From Octopus sinensis (lineage: Eukaryota), in the NCBI RefSeq assembly GCF_006345805.1, contig NW_021832528.1, positions 124,001 to 188,000 of the forward strand: a DNA stretch of 64,000 bases. Direction: 5' to 3'. The position numbers and the translations under genes were made by a program. The stretch's first letter is position 1, and each line of letters begins with the position of its first letter. The notes under the pieces were generated by a model that worked only from the letters and a program-made list of their open reading frames with translations, had not been told where the DNA came from and ran no database searches. Below, piece by piece: positions 1-12,520 of the stretch.

Positions 1-1128
1 AAGCAGATTCTATTTGGCTTGTTTCTTGGCCAGTTTGTGTCCTTAGCCATATTCGGGACCTCAATAACAAGCGAATATTTGCAAGAAAAAAATTTTAATG
101 TTCCTTTAAGTAACATATTCATTAAAAATTGTCTTTCTAGCTCAAAATATTTTCTTTTATCTGATCATATCAATTTTTACATGTTCATACAGTCTCTACA
201 AAAAGTTAAATTCAAAAATTTGGATTGTTCTTAAGTAAGTATGTTCTCAAACACTAAGAGAAAATTGGATAGCCTTTTTACTAGTTTCAGTAACAGACGT
301 CGAAGGCAATTATTTGGTAGTGAAAGCCTACAGTAATGCAAATATAACAAACATCCAAGTTAACTTATTTCTATATTCTAGTTAATGGATTCGCTTATTA
401 TTGTCACTGTGTTTATAATCTGTTCTACACTACTCAAAGTTAAATATAAAATTGTGCATGGAATATGTATAATTGCTGTCCTTTTCGGTTCAAGTTGTCT
501 TGTTGTTGGGGATATTTTATTATATGGATATTCAGGTTTTTTGATAAAAAATATTTTTTAGGTTTTAAATCTATTTCTGGACTTGTTTTTGCTTTTTTTG
601 GTTTTGTTAGTTATGGTATTTCTAATGTCATCCAAGAATATATTGTCAAGACTACCAATACGCTACAATTCATGACAATTTTTAGCACATTTGGGTTACT
701 TATAACAGCCGCACAAATGTAGTATATATATGTAATGCCAGGGCTATTTTAGAGTATGAAACACTTAAAAAAGTGCCCTTCAATGGATATATTGGAGGGG
801 CGATTGTCGGATATACCAGTTGTATGATCTTTATATATTCTCTTGTACCTTACGTAATGAAATACAGCGGAGCTTTGATGTTAAATATAGGTGTATTGTC
901 GTCGGATATATTTACGCATATCTATGGGTATATACGACTTCATTATAAAGTATGTATAGGATTAATTTTTAGTTTCATTATTTACATGTTTTTGCGTTTT
1001 TTGTTGTGACGTTTGGAGGTGCGACTTATGCTTTTTATGAACCCGCATCCGAACCTGATTATACACTTTTTAAAAAAATAACAACAGTGAAACAAAAAGA
1101 GAACATAAATGAAATTGATCTTATTTAA
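1..1128 (+). CDS. SLC35F-like solute carrier (5' partial, multi-exon)
   Basis: LGQFVSLAIFGTSITSEYL, AILEYE and YSLVPYVMKYSGALMLNIGVLSSDIF match SLC35F1/2-type motifs. Two 23-nt introns (gtagtatatatatgtaatgccag, gtatgtataggattaatttttag) restore the frame. Stop at 1126-1128. Confidence 0.7.
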
Positions 1129-1749
1129 AAAATATATTTTTATGCTAAGCAAAAGTACATATCTTAGGAATTTTTAAGTTACAAGTCCATTTTCTAACTT
1201 GGACCCACACACAAGAAAAAGAAAAACAAGTAAAGTTAATTTCCCGGCCCTACCTACGATTAGTTAAAAAATTAACTCTTTGCTAAAAATAAAGTGTGTA
1301 TCCTGCCAGTGGGGAGTTATAGAATACTCTGGCTCTGCGGAAAAGGCTATATTATTATAGTTCCATCCCATGTTAATATAATACGTACTATTTTCACTCA
1401 TTCAGGATAAATTAATTCCAACTCTTTCAAAAAGATTCAAAGAATAATATCCCGAGCGGATCCCTCCGTAGTTCCAACTATTAACAATTCCAACTAACAT
1501 TTCGAGGATAATATTTGGATACATTAGCAAATGGCTTCCAAAAAACAAATTCGTTGTGGTCCGAGATAGAATGAACAAGAATTAACGAAATTTAAAAGAA
1601 TTAACAAAAGGACGCCACCGGGAGTGGAGCTTGCCGATCAATATAATATCTTTCTACATTTTCTACACTAAACAATTTTAAAATTTATATTTTTAAAAAG
1701 AATGATTCAATAATCGAAGAAATTAAACAAAATTTTGAAAAATTCTGAA

Positions 1750-2390
1750 GAAATACTTACTTTTCAAGCTGACCAAAGAAAGAAGAAAATTTACTTGTCC
1801 AAGTCTCATCCATTCGACAGAGATTATTTCTCAGAATGGCTTATAGAATTGAACAAAAAATGATTTTGCAAAAAAAATCTAATTTTATTTGATAATGCTA
1901 CTGTACCCTTACATGATTTTGAGATGAGTAGCATCGAACTCTTTTTTCCTCGAAATACAACATTGAGTTATACTTATGATAGCAACGTAGATCACAAAAA
2001 AAGTTACGGAAAAGTAGAATAAATTTACTCTATTGAATTGCTTGATATTCATAAATCAAGCTTGGTTAGAAGTATCGTAATTGATAATTACAAATTGTTT
2101 CAAAAAAGCATTTGAAAATGCGTTAATACAGAACCTGACAGAAATAGAGGAAATAGATGATAAAAATTTTTTGAATCATGATCAAATTGACGACGAAAAC
2201 TTTATACAAAACTTTTGAAAAAACTAAAACAGCAAGACCAAAGTTAGAGAAGAAGATGAAAAAATTTATATTCCGATACTATATGAAGCTAGTGAATATG
2301 CGAAGGCGCATGAATTATGGTTTCTTGAAAATGATTATGAACAAAGAGGAAAAGTATACGAAATACAAAACATTTAAAAAAAACTAATCA
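1750..2390 (+). mobile_element. degenerate pogo/Tigger transposase remnant
   Basis: Broken frames give EWLIELNKK..DNAT, typical of the DDE_1 region. Confidence 0.4.
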
Positions 2391-3189
2391 TTCTCAAAAA
2401 ATCACCGATTACATGATTAATTTGATTCATGTTCTATTTTTTGTTTACGGAAGTCATTAATCCGGATAATTATGTTATAATAGTACGCTGGAACTCTTTT
2501 TTGATCGCGTCAGCCTCTCGCCCAGTAAAGAATCAGCCTTTTTAATTTATTAAATTAATTAATTAATCGTTACCTACAAAACCTTTATTCATTAAAATTA
2601 TGTTAATTCCAGGCCATTAATGTTAATTTAATCAGACAAACTTATCATTTGATCCTAATCTCCCGTTATAAGTGCACAGAATGTCTGGATTTGAAATTCA
2701 AAAATCTCTTTTTACCAAAAATGTTGAAAACTCAAAACCTAATCGAAAAAATCAAATTTTTAATGAATATTACAATTTTTTACAGAAAATGGAGGAAATA
2801 AAAACAAAACTAACTAAAGATACTCCAAGAGAAAATCAACGGCTGCTTCGTACTACAAATTTCAGAAATTAAAATTAAAAGATTGATTAAAATAAAAGAT
2901 TGATTAAAAACACAAATGATACAATTAAATATTATTCTTATATTGAACAAAACTTCAAAATTTGCACGAATGCCATTTATCATTGGGTCATGAAGGTCAA
3001 ATAGAATGATGTATGAGATTAAACAAAAATATAACTAAAGAAATAATTATGATTTATTTGAATTTATGCGAAATAAGGCAGAAAAAGACGAAAATCCCTT
3101 AAAAAAGAATTGTAGTTAGGTCTATTCAAAATGAACAATTTAATTCAAAATGTCAAGTCGATTTAATAAAGAAAAACTCGTTGGAAAGT

Positions 3190-3675
3190 TAAATTAATCA
3201 GAAATTATCGGCCAGCAAACCGGATGGAACAGCTGTTCCCACGCACAACGGCCAACAGGATCCTTTGGATTAGGAATGTAAATTCCCTAGGATCCTTGAA
3301 GCGTAATGAACAGAGGTGGCCAAGTTTCTTCAGATGATCAACTGTCTTTGTGCCAAAGACGCACAAGTCTCAACAACAATTGGCCAAAACCAAAAGCCGT
3401 CTAACAAGCCCTGGTATTTTTCGGATTTTGTATATTCAGCCCTATTAGCACGGGACCCAGGCAGAGAGGCGGATTCGTTGATGGCCGACTTAGAGAAGAA
3501 ATCAACACACGTGGCATCCCAAACTAGTGGTTTACCAGCGTCGAAAGCGAACAACGTCGAGCCATCAGGCCTTTTTCCATCACCACGGTCAAGACCATTG
3601 GCTCAAGGACAGAAGGATACCCTGCCTTTTCGAGGGCATGGAGAATGATCTTGTCTTTTCGAGGGCATGGAGAAT
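3190..3675 (-). mobile_element. CRE-clade non-LTR retrotransposon, 3' fragment (restriction-like endonuclease)
   Basis: [26 protein letters not shown]...PLVWDATCVD...AEYTKSEKY...PIVVET, with one frameshift. Confidence 0.8.
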
Positions 3676-3679
3676 GATC

Positions 3680-4660
3680 ATTTTTTTTAATTATCAAATC
3701 ATTTTCTTGTGGTGCTTCTCTTTGTTTCCTTTTGTCATTTATCGTTTTTATCTTGTACTCACATCCGCTTGCCTTTCATCTCTTTCCACTTTTTATCTTC
3801 TTTAATCCATTTATCAATCTAATTTTCCTTATCGATGACTCTCTGTTCCGTTTGTAACACTTGTAACAAAAGGAAGAAAACCATCCGTTGCGACTCCTGT
3901 GACGCCAGTTTCCATCGTTCTTGTATCAAGTTGTCTAAGAAGTCTGCTTCATCTCTTACTCGTTGGGTTTGTTCTGCTTGTTCCTCTTTCCCTCCATCAT
4001 ACATTCCTCGTGTCATCAGTTCTGAGTCTTCTGTTCCCATTCGTCCTGCCCGCTTCGTGGACCCCTTCCTGCTTAATCCAGAATCAGTCTTAAGACTTGT
4101 TCGAAATTATCGAGCTTCCTATCGTATCCCTATTAGAATTCCCAGATCTGCCCGCTTTTCTGCGGCGAAGGCCTTGTCGGCTTTAATAGAGTCGGTCATT
4201 TGTGACCAGACCATTCCGAATTGGAACCGACTGTTCTGCTTTGCAGTATTTGCCCTCGCTTCCCCAGTTCAAGGTTCATGCTCGAACAAATCCCTTTCCT
4301 CTTCCATCAAAGAAAATATAAATAAGTTCATAAAAGAATCTTTCATTCTGCCGTCTCTTACGGGAAAGTCCAATAAAACAACTTCATCCATTCCTAAAAA
4401 CAACAACCCCATTCGGTTACGCAAACGTATCAACTCCTGCTTAATGGCGCACGACGTCGGTTCTGCGGTCCGCATTCTTTCATCTTCCGATTCCGTCCGC
4501 ACCATTACTCCGGATGTAGTCAAAATTCTCAGCTCTAAGCACCCGACTGGCAATGTGCCTAATTTTTATGGCCAAACTCCAGAGGGGGTCTCGATTGCTT
4601 CTTCGTCTGTCCAGCAACTTTTGTTTGCCTTGAAATCTTTCAGAGGCAATAGTAGTGGTG
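3680..4660 (+). mobile_element. CRE-clade retrotransposon 5' fragment with PHD finger (ORF from 3835)
   Basis: Pyrimidine-rich leader, then a C4HC3 PHD finger (CSVC..CDSC..FHRSC..WVCSAC) and RIPRSARFSAAKALSALI..WNRLFCF. Truncated before the RT. Confidence 0.75.
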
Positions 4661-5575
4661 GTGTCAGAGAAAAAAAGGCCAGAGAAAAAAAGGCTCAGGA
4701 CGAAGATTTAAACTTAAATCTGATGATCTCGGAATAATTCAACGTGAACAAAAAACTGACGTTGATTTCAATTCCGTAAATTTTTTTTCAAATGAAATTT
4801 TTTTATTTCTTAAAAGAAAACAGAGAGAAAAGAGAGTTAACAAGAGGACTTCCCCGCCTCGTAAATGGAGAAACAGTTTCCACGTACAATGGCAAAGGAA
4901 ATCCTCTGAAGATTCCGTAAAATGTTCGGAAATTTTACGTTCTGAAACGGGAACTTTAAAAAGGAAGAAAAACTGAAAGTAATTTGTTATCACTACCAAG
5001 AATTTGAAACGGATGATTTCTTAAGAATCATTGCTAAGTACACTTCTTTTAAAACAGAATAAAATTTTTATTGTTTTCTTCCTAGGCGAGTTGTCTGGCA
5101 CCGGTGTTCTCTGTTCTTTCATCTTCTTTTATGTCTCGCTGCACTTCAGAACGTATTCCATCTTGGGTAAATTTGGAAAAACATACAGTGAAATACAAGA
5201 TATCCCAAAAGTTTTCTCGGCACGATATCGAAAATTATCAGAAGCTATTTAAACGACTGCTCGACGGACAAAAACCCGGGTATGGTTGACCATATTTGCT
5301 TAATCGTTGAGAAATATTTTAAATGAATGAGGTCGAAAAGTTAATGTCCATTTCAACTGTGTTAAATATGCCAAAACTTTTACTAAAAAACAAGAAATCA
5401 GTAACAGCTCAGAAAATAAGAAATACAATGAAAAAATTGGTCTGAATGCTTATCCGCCTACGAAAAGGCCACTTCTTACCAAAAGCAACTATTTGTGGTT
5501 CTCAGAAGTGGTTTTTGATGACCTCCGGAGTATCCGTATAATAAAATGTTTGTATCATCCAATAGACCACATAAA

Positions 5576-8230
5576 ATGTCTAAACCTACCTACCAACTCT
5601 AACTAAGGATACACGTCATCTCAAGATGTGAGGCCTACTAGTCCAGAAATCAATATGCGAGTTCTCCACGTGTATGTAACCAATCTAGGAAGACGTATGA
5701 CCAACCGGGGCGCTTTCCTATCGGATTTTTCAGAGATTTATTTTATCTTTGATCCACTAGAAGCGTTTTGTTATGATCTTGGCCCACCCCTTGAGCGAGG
5801 TTGGCGGTACTTTGTTCGAACTATAGTTTCGAACCCTTCTGAAGCGGTTATTGTTTACCGCTCTCTACCGCCCCTCCTTCCCCGCATTTATAATGTTGTG
5901 GGCTCGTTGGGTTCTTGGGCCGCTGGTTGGCCATTCCCAACTTGGCGGACTATCAATCCTCCGTCTTTCCCTCATGAGTGGTTTTCATCTTCTTGGGATT
6001 TCCTAAGAAGCATCAGAATTCCCTTATTTTCTTTGTCTTTTGATCTCCCCTTTTTTCGAAACCTTTCTTTGTCGTTCTCATCAATTTGGTCTTCTTTTAG
6101 ATCAACTTGGATCTTCTCAAGGTGTTCATCTCGTTTGCATGGAATTCCTTTTCCAAGCCTTCCCTCTTTTTGTTCTTTTAACAACACATACAATTTGTCT
6201 CGCGCCATTCCTCGCGTTTCGAATTTCTGGCGTTCAAGCTTCAACGGCTTCGCAAACCTCGCTCGTGTTGCTTTCTCGTCTATGAAAACCCTTTTTCGTT
6301 AAATTTTCAGGGCACCAGCACTCACTCTTGATTTTGTTTTCAAACCAATACGTGATGGTCTTAAAAATGTTTTTCACGCCTGTGGTTCATTTATCTGGAC
6401 CATAACTGGTGTCGTTTTGAGTTTTTGCCTTGTTGTCCTCATTTTTATTTGTGTGTTGTTGATTATCATCCTCATTATAGACAAGGTTTATTCGAGATCC
6501 TACACCACTCTTGAAGCCTATGATGGCTCTTGGGACCATGACGATGCGGGTTATCGACACTACGGTCTCGTTGCCCGCGTTCGCATTTTTTGCAGTGAGC
6601 GCTTTAGCGTTTTGCATAATTCCAATGAGACTATCAAAGGACTATTTATCCGGGATTTTTACATAGAACAACCGAACCCACGTAAAACCAGCCATGCCCA
6701 CCCGGTAGTACCCGCGGTTGGCATGTCGCCCCAGATGTCACCATGCACGTGGTGGATGATTCAATCAATGCTGATTTGGTTGAATTGGTCGACGTTGACT
6801 ACTATATGGATCTGGCTAACGTCTGTTGCAACTTGCGCCCCGTTTGTTTATACACTGCAAATCCAAAACTCACTGGTGGCATCCTTCCTGCGGGCGAAGG
6901 GTTTTATTACTTTGATCGTGATAGTAATCTAGTCACTCAGATTAATGGTTGCTCTACCTACCGCCATCGTATCTACGACTTCTCAAAAGATTACTTCGTA
7001 TGTAAGAACCGCAAGGGTTGGTTCAATTGGTTTGTAAGTTTCTTCGTAAACGTGCTGACTGTCATTCGCATAGATGTGTTAAACAACGATGATTATCACC
7101 AAGTTGTGTTGTTAACTCCTGTGAGAACTTTGTACGCAGATTTTCTTTCGCCTATTCAAAAACATGCTTTGAAACCTAAAAATTTAATTTACGGTGCCCT
7201 GGTGCTTCAATGGAATACTAGCGGGAATCATCTCGCAGTTTCTGTTGTGGGCCAACATAAATCCGTTCTCGTCCCACACGAGTCCTTTTCTCGTTTCTTG
7301 GCGTCACTTTATTCACCTAGTGATCCAAATCCATCTACCAAAAATAATTTTAAAAATTAAAAAAATAATTCTAATTTAACCAAGAATGATGTAAGAAAAT
7401 TAGATTATAATTTATTTAAAAAAAAGTCGATTTATTACAAATCCAATTTTTTTTGTCAGGCACTGTAGTTGTGTGCAAGCTCTGGACGACAGGTCTTCAC
7501 ATTACTATATGCTGCATTTTGCTAATCACTACAGACAGACTGGTTTGAAGCCTTCAATTCCCGTATATTCTGGTCTGGATATCAAACTGCATGTGGAAAC
7601 CATCACGAACGCCCATTCGGTCCTTTGTTAAACTCGAACCTTCCAAACCCACCAAATCCCCTAGACAAATCAACCAGTAACACGTTAGCCAGACCCTTGG
7701 GCTTTCGGCTTACTCATACCGGTTTAAGGATGAGGTTCTAACAAAACACTCCTTTTACTGCCCGGGGTTTGGCCCAAAACGTATTGCTTCCCTTGTTAAA
7801 CACGCCATTGTCCAAAATTTAAATCCTATGATTACTCCGCCTGGGATTTCACGGTGAATAATCTGGATCGCAGCGTTTATATACACTTGCCTTTCCCTCG
7901 TACGCTGACGAAGTAGTTCGCTTGTTGTGCAATGAGGTGAACCAGCAAGCTCGCCTCACTACATGTGACGGCCGTACGCAGTCGTTCAATTATGAGTATG
8001 CGAGGTTGACTGGTTCGCCAATCACAACTGATATGAACACAGTTATCAACCATTTCAACCTTTGGTTAAGCATTTATTGCCAATGATGCGAATCTTTCCA
8101 TCAAAAGCATAGATTGTCTTTGCTATGTGATGACTTGCTTTGTGCAGAAATTGAGTCCGCCCGATTATCTTTCCTACAACGTTTTTTGGGCAAACGTGTG
8201 TAACTTTGCAAAGCCAGTCTAACTTTTGCA
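5576..8230 (+). other. endogenous viral element: degraded nodavirus-like protein A (capping domain + RdRp)
   Basis: TM segment, SHAHP, GSTRGWHVAPD..LVDVDYYMD..PVCLYT..YRHRIYD (capping domain). RdRp: SFVKLEP..KSPRQI, FKDEVL..FYCPG, YDYSAWD, RLTGSPITTDMNTVIN, LLCDDLL. Several frameshifts and stops. Confidence 0.85.
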
Positions 8231-9627
8231 AAGGCCTGCTAGCATGCGATTACGTACTAGATCAACTAAAAGCTTTTCAAAAATCAAAAATCAGTATAAT
8301 TGCGAATGCTTGAGTATCCATAACAGGATCTCATTCGGCCATAGTTAGGCGAAACTTTTGTCACAGTTATTAACCAATTTGCTCTAACTATAAACATAAA
8401 AATTGCTTTCCCTCGTTTTTTGCCAATCATTTGAATATAAAATTTGAAATGCACCACATTCACTAAAACTTGAGAGGTAGAAGAAATTATAATGAAACAG
8501 CTATGCGTAGTTTAAACATCCCCCAAAACATATGAAGACGTGGTTAGGACAGAAAAACAAAGATCAGAATGACGTGAGTTCAAATTTACAATCAGATCGA
8601 CTGTACATGTAAGAATTAATTGAAATATATATTGGTATTCTGCAAGGCGTCTTCTTATCGCCAATATTCTTTGATAAAAAGTCGTATTTCTATTTTTCAA
8701 TCTTTACTTGCTGTAAATTTTAGAAAAAAGTTATTCCAACTTCAACCAGAAAATTTCGATTCCTTATTTTTCAAAAACAAACAATTCGAAGTTGTTATGT
8801 TCCAAGACGATGTCAGTCTATAAATGTGTTGACTCTGATTTCAATTTTCTCATTTGTCGATAAAAATTCTACCGAATTTGTTTTGAGCTTTTTGTCATTC
8901 TTGAGACAAAATTCTCGACACAAATAAAAAGTGGATGTATCTCACTAGTTTATGTCTTCTGACATAATCAAATGACTTAATTCGAAACTTTGTCAGGAAT
9001 TCTAATTAAATGACGTATTTGTGCAGTCTGTAGCTTTATAATATGTCGCAAAATACGCTTCCAACAATCCCATGCTGTGAATCATGGTGACCTTCATAGT
9101 TGACAGGGTTGATATGGTGACCTACATAGTCAAACACTAATTACTAACTTTTGTATTCACAATCGATAAATAAATACAATCATATTATTAACTAAAATCA
9201 CCCTGATCGTATGGCGGAATATAATAACGCATATACATAGAATCAGACGGCGTGAGATTTGACAAGCGTGCACGCTAGCGGAGCGTCGCGTTTCTTTTTG
9301 TGTTCATTTCTTTCATGAAACTAAATCAAATATAAAAGCTATTTATCTGGTCAACGTAGACATCAGATCTGTATCTACAGAAGAATTGTCCCACAATAGT
9401 CCCCTGGGGTAACACTCCTAGGCGGCCAACTAGAAAGCCAGCAGATCCAAAAAGATCACACCATTACAGACACTAATTACTAACTAAAGTAACCCTGATC
9501 GTATGGCGCAATATAATACTAAATCAGACAGTCTGGAAAATACAAATCAAAAGTAACTAACATATTAAAACCATATTAATCTAACCACGTGAAAAACCAT
9601 AGTTGATAACGTTTAATTATAGAGTAT

Positions 9628-10896
9628 TCAAAACAAGAAAGAGAACGAGTTAATTAAGAGTATATTTTTCTCGTAGGGCACCCCAGTGTCACTAGGCTCG
9701 AGAGCAGATTTTCTAATCTTGAAATTTTCATACATAGCACTGACAAGATCAGTAACGACAATATCCGTAGAATTATGTGAAATAAGTCTCATGGCAAAAA
9801 CCCCATCAGACCTCAAATAGTTGAGGACAAAGTCCCTAAGAGTGGAATACATATCGCCCTCATCAATCAGTTCATCCCGAAGTGCTTCCTGATGTAGAAT
9901 ACTGTCACTTTTGAACAGCGAATACCAAACCCACTTGCACAAACTAAAGGCATTGAAACAGACTGCCATTATCAGCCAAAACCAATAAAATGCAAAAATT
10001 GCCTCTGAGAATAAATTTATCGACAACACACATTGGACAGTGTATCGATGACCTATGACTTCAAATCCCATCTCCCTCACGTTAAAGTCACACAATGTGA
10101 TTCGTGGGAAGTAATAGGACCCCTTAAACTTTCCCCATTTATGAAATTCTGGACCAATCTAATTCCATACCCATTTACTACTCCATTTGACAAAAGCATG
10201 TCGATCAATATGAATTGTGCCACTGTATTTAATAGGTACATGCTCTTTGTGGTAACGTACAACAATGTGATGTAGTTTCCGTACTTCGGCCTGTACAAAC
10301 GCAGGCAGCCCGCATTATTTCTTTCACAAATCAACCCTCCTGGTGTTAGGCCTGTTCCACCGCTTCCTCATCTCAAATAACGGTCAAAATGTTTAGTAAG
10401 CATCTTCACACAGTTGTCCTTAGTGTCCATATTCCCTGCATCGATGTACTGGATTGATATGTTTATTATGTTGTCCAAATTCATTCCACTGCTCTCGTTA
10501 TTCGCCCTCCAAAATAAACATGGGAGTTGGTAAAAAAGTGCCAATCCGAGTAGAATGAAAGGCATCCATTGGTAGTACCGCAGTTGAGGCTTGTCCTTCA
10601 GGCTGTTGGTCTCGGGGACCATTTCGTCCATGGATATGTAGTAAGTGTTCTTGACCCAGCAGATGTTGCTTGTATAACGAATATAATTTCCTAATTAATT
10701 TGTTATTAATTAATTTTAAACCTGTGAATTGTGCTGGGCACCAACATTCTATTGGTTCGCCGACATATTGTTTGGTGGTGACCACAACTGCGAATAAAAT
10801 TAGAAGCATGGATGTGTAGATGTGGTTGAGACGGTCTGTCGCGTCGTCGTCCTTTCGGTTCCCTGCACTGCTCCTTATCACGTTTAAGAGATCCAT
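9628..10896 (-). CDS. innexin (gap-junction protein)
   Basis: DDATDRLNHIYT, QYVGEPIECWCPAQFT, CWVKNTYY, YYQWMPF, YGNY..LY, FPRITLCDF, QCVLSINLF. One 31-nt intron near 10692-10722. Four apparent 1-bp homopolymer deletions. Confidence 0.93.
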
Positions 10897-12229
10897 CTGG
10901 CAGAAGAAATGCGCAACAAAGTGTATTTATATGAAAATAAATCGTTAATTGATATTAAATCAATTTACAAAATAATCTTATTAATTTATTTAAAAAATTA
11001 CTTTTTTTGGCAAATAATACTAAAAACATTTCATTTGGGAAGAGATTTTATTTATGTTTTAAATTTGTATAAAAATTGATTATTTTGCACGTTTTAAATT
11101 TCCCCGCAAATCGATATTAAAATTCAATAAAGAATTTTTTATATAAACAATGATCTTCAATATGAATTTGATTTCTTTTCATGGACTCGGTAGAGCATCG
11201 AGAAAGTGCAGTCTGAATATCAGAAAGTGACTAGATTAATTATTTATGTTTTAAATCCGTATAAAAATTGATTATTTTGCACTTTTCAACTTTTCCCTCA
11301 ACTCGATATTCAAATGCAATTAAAAATTGATTTTTCAATTTCTTATTCAAAGTTCAATAATTTATCAAGATTAATGTTAATTAACTATAAAATCGTAATT
11401 TTGACAAAAAAGTGTAATTAAGTGTATTTAAATGTAGATTTATGTAAATAAATTATACAAATTTACTAATATTTAATTTCATTTTTTTATTTTTGAAATT
11501 TACAATTCTGAAAGTTTTTCCCGGAGCTGAAATTTAGACAAAACCGAATCTCTTAACATTTTGAAAGCACATTATTAACAAATTCCGAAAAAAATTGTTT
11601 AAATAAATTAATGACCCATCAATACGAATTTGATTTCCTTTTCTTCGACTCGGCAAACCATCAAGAAAGTTGTAATCTGAATATCAGAAAGTGAAAAAAA
11701 AGAAAGTGACTATAGATTAATTAGATTGACAGCTATCAGGAAGAATTCTCCCAATTGTCAAAGTACTCTTGTGGTTGTTAATGACAAACCGTCCAATTTA
11801 ATCACACATTGAATGTGGTTGTCTGGTGTAAATCCAATTTTGTGGATATACAGTCAAACCCTTCTAAACCGACTTCCTGGTATATCGGAATTCCTTTACA
11901 ACATGACTTAACTTCTGACTCCGATTCACCTCATGGACTATCACTGCTATTTCACTAAGTATTTGGAGATCGGAAAACTTTTCCGTTTTGTCCCAATCTC
12001 GATAGAGAAGTATGGTGTATTGGGTTCAAAGCTGTGGAATTCCTTAAGGAATTAGGGACGATGTGGACTAAACAATAAAGAGACATTCACGAGGGATATT
12101 GGCTTCGCCAACACATTGAAATTGTGATAAGAAACAGCAATACTGCCTGCCGGTGCGTGACAATTTAATTATTGCTTAAATGTGTTTATTGTACCAAATG
12201 AAAACAAATTAAGTTAGGAATAGGCAGAG

Positions 12230-12520
12230 GGGAAACTCTGGAGGCTAAAGCACGCACCCTCCTGCGGAAAGTACCGCATGCGTGTTGCCACGGAGAACAG
12301 CGATGAATATCCCCTGCAATAGCTACGAAACCTCGCGTGGCTCTTTCATCCTGTGAGCCAGTTTCCTCCCGATGTCGCTAATGAAGGCCGAGGTAAGAGG
12401 TCCGGCGACACCCAATGTCTCCCAAGCGATTGGTACGAAAATAAAGCGGCGTCCAAGTTCTTGGTATTTTTTAATTTTGGCCGTCTCAGTCTTTTCCGCA
12501 GCGGACCCGGGGAAATTGCT
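12230..12520 (-). mobile_element. CRE-clade retrotransposon 3' fragment
   Basis: KKYQELGRRFIFVPIAWETLGVAGP..REVS*LLQGIFIAVLRGN. Confidence 0.75.

Noticed and set aside
10368-10370. Stop-codon readthrough or alternative genetic code in innexin
   Set aside because: It is better explained by three compensating 1-bp deletions, and other genes end at standard stops. A 30-nt intron spanning the TGA is possible but would remove the conserved DRYL.
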